Source: Octopus bimaculoides
Taxonomy: Eukaryota
Direction: 5' to 3'
Length of the DNA: 64,000 bases
Assembly (NCBI RefSeq): GCF_001194135.2
Contig: NC_068994.1
Coordinates: 19,437,162 to 19,501,161 of the forward strand
Part shown: positions 53,514 to 64,000 of the stretch, one piece after another
Numbering within the stretch: position 1 is the stretch's first letter
Layout of the letters: every line of letters starts with the position of its first letter
Program-made: the position numbers and the translations under genes
The notes under the pieces: model-generated
What the model was told of the DNA's origin: nothing
The model's input: only the letters and a program-made list of their open reading frames with translations
Databases searched by the model: none

Positions 53514-54110
53514 TAATGTATGAGAAATATTGTTTCAATGAGCATATTTTTTCGATGGCTAAATGTTTCCAGTCCAATGTGTCTGATTTCTAAGTGGACT
53601 GTTTACAATACTCTCCTTTTAAGTATTACTTTTGTATATTCGAGCTATTAGGCCAGAACAAGCTTAATCCTAACCTCCCAGAATGTTTTTGTGATTCTGT
53701 TTAATTCAACTTTATTCAAATGTCAACATGTTAGTAAAAATATCCTAAAATGTTACGACTGGCTTAGTTACTTGGATAATCATAATACACACATTTCCAA
53801 TTGGTACATCTTATGTAGGAGTTAATAAAAGAGGATGGAATATACTATGATATATTGTATATAGATAACAAAATGCATTTTATTACTATCTGCTTCTTAA
53901 TACTTTAAATTCTACCATGTTTTGTGAGATGTAGTCACCCTTTTAGCACCCATAAATATTTGAGCTGTTTCATTAAAGCTTGTTTTATTTTACAAACATA
54001 TATACATTATTGTTTAGTCAAACTCTCTAAAAAGAAAATGACAGTAACTGACAGAAAAATTGTGAATTTTCTAATTGAATATCAATGGGTTAAAACATTT
54101 CATATATGTG

Positions 54111-54152
<42 letters not shown>

Positions 54153-54385
54153 CATACACACAAACATACTCACAAATTATATATATACATACACACACAC
54201 AATCTTAAAATATTTATGAGATTAACTGTGAAAATATTTCTCATAAATTTGTTTAGTTGGCATGAAACAAGTTGCTACATGGCAAGGGATATTTCCTCAC
54301 TTACACAAAGCTGTGTGTCATTTTGGTTTGATTCACGGCATCTTTGAAGAAAGCCATGTTTTAAATATTTATTTACTCTGCTTAC

Positions 54386-54411
54386 CTTTGGCCCAACATG
54401 TGCCAAAATTC
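54386..54411 (-). CDS. Candidate 26-nt micro-exon, phase-compatible with exon 56769-56853
   Basis: Acceptor ctctgttctgttgcaag|, donor AAG|gtaagc; would add (R)ILAHVGPK. Confidence 0.25.
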
Positions 54412-56228
54412 CTTGCAACAGAACAGAGTGGGAGGAGGAGGATACTTTTGTTTACAAAAGTTTTTACACCTTAAGATATCTCAAGGTATTTTTTTGCTCT
54501 GAGTTGCTAAGAGACACTCATGGTTTTCCTGCATAAATTCTAAGAACTACACCTTTACTTTAGTAGAGTAACTTAACGGCAGATTTTCGTTTCATTTCTT
54601 ACGTTACTGTAAAACTGATTTCCCCCTCCCCCGCCCCCAGAACTTCTTCATTCCCTTTATTACAAACAGTAACTTCACCGGAAGAGAATTACATATTAAA
54701 TAAATAAAAACGATGGGTGGACTCAAAAATGTAGATTGTCGAAAAATCAGCAACAAGTTGTCCAAATTCAGATCCTTAGGAAACCTATTTCCGAGCTAAA
54801 ATAAGGGTAGCAGTTGAAATAATAAGGTCATATTTTCAAAACAGGAACGACAGTTTGGAACAAGCCCTGCACACCGTTACTTGTTTTAGTTTTTCGAATA
54901 TTTATTTGGATTTGTAAATTTTAAACATCGGAGATTACAATTCCATAAAAAACAAACAAAAAAAAAAGCCAATTACAAAATTTCCATCTACCCCAACCTT
55001 TTTATTTTAACCAGTCCCTTTTACCCCTAGTTCGGTGTATGCAATGGGCCGTAACTTCATTCTTGATTTTGGTTCGAAAAATATTTTATTCTGGATTATT
55101 TTGAACGTATGAGATTACGGTTTAATTATCTATTTGACAAATTCAGTCTGTCGTTACGGGCTGGTGTGCTTATTCCGAAAATCAAACAACAGAAACTTTA
55201 TATACAAGAGATAACTTGTGAGTCACCCACTTGTCGAAATGTTCCACTATCACCCTTCACTGGGTTTGCATGATACGAGTGCGATTTATTTAGTTCTTAT
55301 TCTGTACACATACAATCGCAGACCTATATATGTATGTATGTAGGTAGGTAGGTTTAAAACACTGGTTAGGTTCGTAGCTTTTACAAAGACGGGTGAGCAG
55401 CTACGTAGAGTTTACAAAGCAACCACCGAAGGCTTCGAATGTCGGTTATGCAAGATGGCGCCTCTTGGACCAGTCTCAGTAACAGAAAGAAACACAAACC
55501 GGCATCGAAAAAAGTAATAGTTACTTCTAACCCGTCAAAAGACAGTTGTGTAATAGTGTTGATTAATACAAACAAGAGGGACACCTTTCCATCTAAACTA
55601 CTAAGACAGCAGCACACACTGAACATGGAGCTCCAATAGAAGATGCTACTTCTGTTAGGCTTTAAAATGGCATGTGCAAAACACGACTCGAATTCGCTTA
55701 CAATTCCACCTAAACAGTTGGAACAGAAACAAACAGGAAAACTGGCAACAGACATGACTAGCTTGGCAATCACTATGCCAACATCTCGTCTAAACATTAG
55801 TGATTAAATATCGCTCTGGACATGATCAACTGGACATAAACTAGACGGGGTGAATATTTGTAGTCGGTGATACACACACACATATATATATATGATGTTG
55901 TGTAAAACGGTATCTTTGTATTTTATATACATACATAGTATTTTACACCTACACATAATTACAACATATATAAGACTGCATTCATTATATATGAAGTTGT
56001 AGCCGAATGGGAGTGTCATGACAGACAGCGATGTAGTATAGACATATTTCATTGATACAGTGTACAGACATAAACATGTTTACATACACCTATAACGGGT
56101 GTTCAATGAACTACAATAAAATGACAAATGTACCAATAAGTTTTTGAAAGAAGATAAAAGAAAAAAGAACGAATATAACTATCATACAGGAAAGCAAAGC
56201 AGACGACAAAGAAAACATTAATGATTAT

Positions 56229-56274
<46 letters not shown>

Positions 56275-56485
56275 TAAAAGAGTTCCAACTCTGTCTGTTT
56301 TTTATGTTTTATTTATATTCTTATAAAATTAATGTGGGATATAGAATATGGAATATATAATATAAATAGTAAAATGAAATGAAGTATTGAATGTCTTATT
56401 GAANNNNNNNNNNNNNNNNNNNNNNNNNNNNNNNNNNNNNNNNNNNNNNNNNNNNNNNNNNNNNNNNNNNNNNNNNNNNNNNNNN

Positions 56486-56528
<43 letters not shown>

Positions 56529-56768
56529 TACAAAATATGTATATGACAATAAGTGATAAACAAATAAAAAGATGAGATAATGAATGACAAATGAAAAATA
56601 AACTTAATAAAAGTATAAATATATGTATATGTAGATCCATGAGGTAAAAGATTAATCCAGTCGCGAGTATTTTAGTTTCTGGTGGGTTTTTAGTTATTGT
56701 TCTTGCTATAGTTTTAATATTTTGAATCGAGTAAACGGTTTTAAGAGAAATATAACAAAAATACTTAC

Positions 56769-56853
56769 GTGCTTCAACAGAAAATAATAGAAGAGGGTTA
56801 ATGCCAATTAAAACAATAAAGGCGATTAAGAGAGTCCAGTTTGTTGTGTTCAT
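56769..56853 (-). CDS. First coding exon of a secreted or membrane protein (signal peptide), phase-1 intron follows
   Basis: aaaattATG context; MNTTNWTLLIAFIVLIGINPLLLFSVEA has a polar n-region, long hydrophobic h-region and V-x-A cleavage-like end, followed directly by C|gtaagt. Confidence 0.65.
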
Positions 56854-57250
56854 AATTTTTCCGATGATCTTCTTTGTTTTGTTTTATCTTTTTATTTTAG
56901 TTATGATTAATGTTCTTTTTCTTCTTCGAAGTTTTTAAACCCAAAGAAGCTACTACTAAACACTGAGAAGAGAACAAACAATATTTCGTATATAACAAGT
57001 CTAACAGAGTCACAACGAATGCCAAAGCCGAGGGAGGAGGCAGTGATGAAAGGATTGGCGAGGTGGTGACGACGGTAATTGTGCTTCTGTGTATGTGTGT
57101 TTGCATACGTATGTGTATGTGTAGTGGTAGTGGTGGTGATGGCGGTAGCAACAGCAGCTGACTACCAACAAGCCAGAGCGAGGTTTACTACATTTGGCAA
57201 GTGATCTTCTCATCTAACCAGCCTCTAAACACTTCTCTCTCTCTCTCATG
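56854..57250 (-). other. Probable 5' UTR of the minus-strand gene
   Basis: Low-complexity (CAC/CTA, CA, GA) CpG-containing leader directly upstream of the ATG; exact TSS not determinable. Confidence 0.45.
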
Positions 57251-58096
57251 CGTGTGTGTGTGTGTACATTTACTTCACAGCTCTTTCAATTAAACGCACG
57301 CACAATTTTCTTTATCCTTCACTCACATACACGAGCGACTGCACACATGCATTCACATACACAGTAAGGTCGTTCAGTCGTTTACACGCACACCTCTCTT
57401 AGCTTTACTCTCTCTTTCATTTACACTTTCTTTCTCAAATTGGATGCACCACCATCACCACCCTGTTATGTTATTCATCTATCCACCCACTACTTTAGAT
57501 ACCTACTAGTTTCTAGGTACTTGTCTAACCCGTGAAGGTAGGATGCTGGTAATACAATTCGTTGCAAGTGCGCTAGATTGAAATCCTTGCGAGTAAAGGC
57601 GTATGAACTTTATTGTAAAGCTGTGCGGAGGCGGTATATACCATGCTGACAACCAAGACAGTATTTATTGTTGCCATCACCAATGTAAAAATTAATTATC
57701 ATTACTTTTCTATAACATCCTTGTCATCGGAAAATCGGTTGAGACCGGAGAAGAGAGCCTTGTAGTATTTAGTTGCGGTCCTTTAGATTCTAAATCTATC
57801 TCCAAAAGGGTCGATTTTGCTGTTAATTCATCAAGAATCGATATAAATACTTGTTAAATAATGGGGTTTGTTTATTACTTGTATCACTCTAACAATGACA
57901 CTCTGTCAACACAAGAAACTGTTAGAAATGAATGGCAAAATTGGTAGAGGTGGATAAAACGCTTTAAGGTATTTAATTATGCCCCCTCTACTTGTTCTGG
58001 GGTCTACAGAACAAGTAACTGTAATATACTGAGGTTTGATTGAAACAGCAATATTCAGACCCATGTATTCTTGACTTTGTGCCAATGTAAGAAATC

Positions 58097-58490
58097 CTGG
58101 CAGAATCGTCGGCGCGTCGGACAAAATGTTTAACCACGTTTCTTCTGGCTTTTTACGTTCTAAATTCAAATCCTTCCAAAGATAACTTAGCTTTTTATCC
58201 TTTCGGGACTGGCAAAATAAAGTAGCAAACAAACACTGGGGTCGGTGTAACGGACATGCCTCCTCCGTTCAAAATTGCTGGTCTTGCGCCAGAATTTGAA
58301 AACAATCATTTTTAAAGCAGCGAGTTGGCAGAACCGTTGGCAGTTCGGGCAAAATGCTTAGCGGAGATTCTTCTGGATCTTTACATTCTGAGTTCAAATT
58401 CCGCCGAGGTTAACTTTGCTTTTCATCTTTTCGTGGGTCGATAAAATAAGTACCTGTTAAATAATGATGTCGATTTAATCAGTCATACTT
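58097..58490 (+). mobile_element. Two tandem SINE family B copies with CpGs retained
   Basis: ctggcagaatcgtcggcgcgtcggac… (58097-58307) and gcgagttggcagaaccg…gagttcaaattccgccgagg (58314-58490). Confidence 0.85.
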
Positions 58491-58639
58491 GCGAAATTAG
58501 TTTTAAATCATTTCAATGAGTATACTGGCATTGGAATGTAATTTTGAGGTTGAAAGAAATTCATTAATAGTAATGGTAATTTTGAAGTGACTCAGAGTTC
58601 GGTTATAACTCCACATTCTTCGTTCTTTATACATCTATC

Positions 58640-58850
58640 TATCCATCCATCTCCACCCGCTGTTCCTGTGATGGTCATGGGCGAGGGAGAGTCCTCAAGC
58701 ATCTGTATAGGGTCCTATCAGAAGCAACCGTTATTAGACTTCCCGGCTGGATCTCCAGGCGAGACCAACCGAGACTATGGATATTATCCTACCATCACGT
58801 ACTTATTTTACCCGCAAAGTCGCCTGCTGGATGGCTCAGCTTAAAGAATC
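58640..58850 (-). mobile_element. RTE-like LINE 3' relic
   Basis: Minus reading …W*DNIHSLGWSRLEIQP…VASDR…LP(S)RP-like pattern across frameshifts. Confidence 0.5.
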
Positions 58851-58879
58851 CCTCTTGCGATTCTTATCTATCATATTCT

Positions 58880-59300
58880 AATCACATTTCTGTAGCACAT
58901 CAACGACATAATTGCCTTCATCTCCAACAGCACCCACTTCCGTGCAGATAACACTACTCTTCATTTATCCTTAATCTTGAACTCTCAAAAGTTACCATCA
59001 TACAATTTAAAGCAACACACGCCAAATCTGCAATTTCTTTGAATAGAAACCTCGAAAACATCTTCCAGTGAGATGAGACCAATCTTATTTCCTTCAACAG
59101 CAAAAACAATCGCTATATATATTAAGAAAATATTATCCACCTCTCCTCCTTCAACATAAACAATTCACAAGTAGAACCTTTGCGATTACAGGATTTCTCC
59201 TGGCCAATGCAGAGCCTCAACATTGTAACGACAACATCTCAAAGACTGGCCTTTCTCTTCAATGCTAGAAAATTATAACTTATACAAGTACAAGACCACT
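58880..59300 (+). mobile_element. Jockey/CR1/L2-like LINE reverse-transcriptase relic
   Basis: HINDIIAFISNSTHFRADNTTLH (decayed IND…YADD) followed by RNLENIFQ*DETNLISFNSK (DL..I..W…FN.SK). Confidence 0.65.
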
Positions 59301-60559
59301 GACTTTAAGAAGTTCTTGTCGAACACATTAAATCAGTACTTGGCTGGTACTTTATTTTATCGTCCACGTAGGAATGAAAGGCAATGTGGACTGTGGCAGG
59401 ATTTGAAACTCAGAACGTGAACAGCCGGAACAAAAACTGTAAAGCATTTTTAACGGCTGAATGTTGAGTATTGAGTTGATAATGTTGGTTTGAGTAAGAC
59501 TGCGTTTATAGTTAAAGGAAGAACGAGGAAACCAGGATTAAGTGCGGTGATTTATTCAACCCATTAAAAAGCATTAAGACGGCAAAGCTATAGAGATACA
59601 TCTTGAAAGAACTGTCAGAATATATGCACAATGGTTTAACATGCAGTTGGTACATAATGATGATGTGTGCAATATAGAACAGGAAAAAAAATACGAGGCA
59701 TAACTTCTGTTGGAGGACAGGAACAACGTACGCGTCGAAGGAATAGCTGAGGCTGCCTGCGAAATAACTGTTCTTTGCCGAAGGTCCGCAACTCATCTCA
59801 CTGACAAATAGCGGGAAAGGCTTCCTTAAATAGCTGATGTTGACGTGCTTAGCTGGTCTGTCAAGTGATAGGGTGGACAGCCCGCGTAAAGCTAGTGGGA
59901 CTCGACCATCACGTGATAAGTCAAAATGTGGGTACTTAAAGGTGAAGAGCAAAACTGTGAACATGCTTCTGCAATAATTTTTTTTCTCCCAACGCCCTAA
60001 CCGCTCTCAGTACTAAAAATAATAATTTTTCTGTCATAGGCACAATAGGTACGAACTTGGTGGTCAAGTGAGACAAGCTAATTTCTGGAATACGAGAAGC
60101 TGGACGCGTCTTTCCCAACCCAGCTAGTTTTCAGGGCCCGGATTAGAGAATTGGTTAAGGGTAAAATGACGCATACAAGTATTAATAAAATGGTGTGTCT
60201 CACTAAAAAAAATATTAAAGTAGAATCTGTTAGTGTTATCAATAGAAAGCAGTAGATTATATCGTAAAAAACTAGTAAATCGATGAGAAGAGACGAACAG
60301 AAAAGTCATGGTATATAATGTGCTTGTAGTAAAAATGGTCCTTAATCATTTCCTCGGTACGAAAGGTTATTAGTGTTGGGGAATGTACACTGCCACATGA
60401 AGGAGCAAAACCCATTCGATAAATCCAAGTGACAGAGATGCAGCGTGACAACAAAATCTGTCTATGATAGGGCGGAACGGGCGTATGCTATTCGATTCCT
60501 ATCAGATATGTGCTGTTCTAGCTGCAGTTTAGCAAATAGTTCACGAAGAACGACGGACT

Positions 60560-61050
60560 AGAGAAAATGGATTTTGATGCCTACAACCAGCGAAGACACA
60601 AAAAAGATTGAAAAGTATCGATTTCAGCAACTGAAGCGGATATGTTGAAAGATTGTGCGAGGCGCAAATAACTGCGATTGGATAGTTTGTTTTGCGATTG
60701 GTATCATAGCATGTCCGATTTGTTAATTTGGTAGATGTCTCCCGCATCTGTCAGCTGATTGTAAGCGTTTCATTTGTATGAATCGAAAAGTGGTGACGCT
60801 AGTAAGAACTCGAATAAAGGGATCATAACACGCAATTTTAGGTCCATAAGTTTGCTCGATAAAGTCAAAGATTTTAGTTAAGTTGTGCGAGTTGTTAATA
60901 GTGTAGTCGAAGAACGCAAGCCTGAGCATTCTTCGGCTACTGTATCCAGACAATTTCAACCTCATGAGATATCTCGCAGACTGAATCGATTTAATAGCAT
61001 CCCACTCGAAGTGGACACAGAGAAATCGTATCAGTGATTTTTCAAAATCA
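60560..61050 (+). mobile_element. Old LINE RT N-terminal relic
   Basis: YESKSGDASK…RNFRSISLLDKV resembles K.GD…NYR.ISLL; many stops. Confidence 0.45.
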
Positions 61051-61499
61051 AAGCTTTTCTTTCTTTCTTTCTTGTTGTGGTTCAGTTATATTTATTCAGT
61101 TGCTTGTTTTAAGAGTCAGGTTATCCAAGCGTCGGCTAACCAAAAATGCCACATGTTTCAACCGAGCTAGTTCCTTTATAAACCCTCGTACATTACGCAT
61201 CTTCCCTTTCGATCTGTTATATAAGCTATGAATTATTACAACCTAACATTGAAACTAACTAAAAGGAACATTCTGCTGTGATTACTATTCTATGTTTTAG
61301 GTGACTACGGTTATGCATCTCCTGGGTGGAAATCATTTTTTTTGTAATTTTTCTTTTTTTATTTCCCTTACTTTTTTCTGAAGGGCACATATAATTATCA
61401 GGACTGGACTGATCTGCAAGTTTTTTTGTTTTTTTTTTGCTTTTTGTTTTATTTTTTGTACGACAGAACTAACACTTTTGTTATTATATTCCTGCCAGT

Positions 61500-61698
61500 A
61501 TTAACTGAGTTTGTTTCAATTAATTTTGCAAATAACGAAGAATTTATGAAAATAACTTTGTCATTAATTAATAAATCTGGTGTTTAGAACAAAAATTAAC
61601 ATAATATTTTGATAAAAGGTTTTAATTTAGATCACTTTAAAACAGAATTTGTAACATAGAAACAAAGGTGGTTTCAGGTGGGTTGATATCGAAAGGGC
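61500..61698. mobile_element. piggyBac-like MITE family 2, decayed copy
   Basis: Shares body and right end (ggtttcaggtgggttgatatcgaaaggg) with 49754-49967. Confidence 0.65.
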
Positions 61699-64000
61699 TG
61701 CCGTAGAGTCAATTAATGTTTTATGTTGTTCATAGATGAATGGATCACTTGGTACAAGCGGCGTCTGCAGAGGAATGGTATTTGAAGGCGTTGTACAAAT
61801 TCAGTCCCATAGTACAGGGTTCCAGTTCATTGTAAATTGGAAGTGGAGATGTTGGTTGGAGCACATAACGATGAGGCCTAATATAATCTTGATGGCACCA
61901 ATGAGCATGCTCGCTTTGCAGGCAAATGATAAAAAGAGGATCAACTTTTTTCGGTATGTGACCAGCTTATCACATGTATCTAGAATGAAAATTCTGAGCA
62001 AAAACTTACATCACGTTTGTTAAATATAAATGCAGTTGGGCAGATCTGTCATGGTAGTACTTCTGATTTTCCTGACAAAGGCATACCAGGGGAAATGATG
62101 AGCTTCATGTAGTTCAGACTGGTACGCAAATTCCACTTCATCAATAGCTCTGCAGAGCTAACTCCTGTAGCAATATATAGTGTAGTACACTGTGAACAAA
62201 AATTGAGGCATTTATGTTTCTAGCATCCCCTTCTCAGACAGTTTCCATATTCCAGCTTTGATTGGTCCGACTGAACGTTGGCTAGTCCATTTGAAACCTT
62301 GCTAAAAAATTGTAAGCTATTAGCGCCTAATGCTATTTAGTCTTGTGAACTCTGCAAATTCTGAACTGACAAAGCTTGGGCCGTTATTTCACAACCATCG
62401 GAGCGCGAAACTCTCCTCGCGTACGCAGGTTTGTGAGATGGTTGTTATCTGTATACAGTTTTGAGTAGGAACTGGAAAGAGCAGTATGAACACGTAATGC
62501 GCATGTGCACACTGAATTCATAAAACGAAAAAGAAGGATAAAACAAGTTATATGATGGTCTGCATGCCACGTCTGCCACTACTATCACGCAGCTTTGCAG
62601 CAATTTTCTTGTTTCTAACGAGAACTGAGTAAATCATCATGCATAAAAATATCGACATGTGCAGATGGCGTCACTATCATGTCGTTGGACACGTCGATAA
62701 TTGAAGTGATTGGCACTGTAACTGAGAAGTACCGCGTGGTAGCAGGAGCAAACTCTAGGCCTGGTGGGAAAATTCTATGGATCGGTGACCTCCGTTATTA
62801 TAAAAGATCTGGTTCAAGTGTCTTTAGTTTGGGTCAGTCTGATCTCCAAGTGGATAAAAAGCGAGAAATTGGTAGTAGAGTTGTCAGTCTTGCACAAATG
62901 AGCCAGGAAAAAGCGAGCTGTTCTTGAAAAGTCGGGCGGAAGCAGCTACCCGTCTACAACGATTTCGTAGTATTCGCTTGAGGTAAAAATGTTTTGGTTT
63001 ATTTTACTAACAAAATATTTCAGAGCGTTTGAATTTCCATTCTGTTAACCTGGAGTGAAGAAGAAGCTCTATCTTTCGGCATTTTTAATATTTTTGTATT
63101 TCGCAATCATTGTTTATTAGTAATTCAAGATGGCCAGTTCTAGGGGAGTGGGATGAGGTATTAACAACAAACTTGGTAGCAGCAAATACGCCTTCTAAAA
63201 TCAAACAGATTTTTTAAAAAAAGAAAAAAAGAAACCCTGATAATGTGTAGTATGACATTTGTTCAGTCATCTGGAGCAAGGTATATGGTGATGTATGCTT
63301 AATCTTTAAGACCAACAACAAGGTGAAAAACGGGTAAAGTTTGTGTATTACACACTTACCCATTGAGTAATATTACAGTACCAGCGGGATCCGTGAATAT
63401 TTCACGGAATTCATGGTAAATTTATTGGGTTATTTCTGAAAACTTGATCCAAAAAACCTGAAAGCGTAGCCTGTATCAAAAGATAGTTGTGTAGTGAAAC
63501 CTCTCTCTCGGGCATTCAATCATAAATGATAACGAAGCTGCTAACATCTAACCTTCGGTTGCCTTGGACTCTTCTGTCCATCATCCTGATTGGTTCTTAT
63601 TTGCGCGGCAATTGTCCCCATGTTCTGCTTACTAAGGGGGCATTACGTCTGTAGTGACGTCACATTGGGTTTCAACATCGAAGCGTTCCCGCTATTAGAC
63701 TGTCTCTTACCAAGCCTGACAGCGACCAAGCAAGACGTCTAAGCAAGCTCTCCCATTTGAGTGTGGTTGAACCAAGTTGTCTCTACAACGACACCAGCTC
63801 GAGGAACCGTACATCTACATTTCAGGCTACTCTAAAACCGGACAATTGGAAGCTGTTTTATTTTCCAACGTACAATAAATATTTGTTGTTGTTGATCAGT
63901 TTGGAGTTTCTGCGTTCAGTTCACTTCTAATTTAACATAGGAAAGTTAGGTGTATATCTAAAGATATATAACCCACTCTCCATAACTGGTGACCCCCGAC

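Larger units (their letters stand above)
54550..57500 (-). promoter_or_regulatory. CpG-retaining promoter / first-intron regulatory region
   Basis: CpG becomes frequent from ~54.55 kb. GC-box ccccgccccc (~54629-54638), ETS-like accggaag (54677-54684), YY1-like caagatggcg (55451-55460). Surrounds the ATG exon. Confidence 0.6.

Noticed and set aside
57989-58017. 11-bp inverted repeat with 7-nt loop
   Set aside because: Short, AT-rich stem; plausible by chance, with no supporting context.
57906-58232. 108-aa minus ORF
   Set aside because: Its 5' half is the antisense of a family B SINE; no recognisable domain.
59512-59964. 150-aa minus ORF
   Set aside because: No recognisable motif or splice support; lies among decayed repeats in locally GC-richer DNA.
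62679-62927. 82-aa plus ORF
   Set aside because: No recognisable domain; surrounded by old retroelement-like relics.

Overview
AT-rich, repeat-dense eukaryotic DNA with (TA)n-flanked assembly gaps. The SINE families and general architecture suggest an octopus (coleoid cephalopod) genome; this is recognition, not a database result. No prokaryotic features, CRISPR array, rRNA or true tRNA gene were found. The best-supported gene feature is a minus-strand first coding exon at 56769-56853, encoding a signal-peptide-like sequence (MNTTNWTLLIAFIVLIGINPLLLFSVEA) and ending in a GTAAGT donor, within a CpG-retaining region that starts near 54.5 kb. Bases 1-54.5 kb are CpG-depleted and probably the body, largely intronic, of that gene. 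They are filled with decayed mobile elements: Tc1/mariner (DD37D and two DD41D), piggyBac-like and hAT MITEs, a MULE-like relic, RTE and R4/Dong-like LINEs, a Penelope GIY-YIG relic and many tRNA-derived SINEs. Bases 57.5-64 kb look intergenic, with old LINE and SINE relics. The most unusual observations are two histone H2A-like peptide motifs about 770 bp apart, a 70-nt pre-miRNA-like hairpin, inverted SINE pairs able to form dsRNA, and a CpG boundary readable from copies of the same SINE. No novel biological system could be established from the sequence alone.
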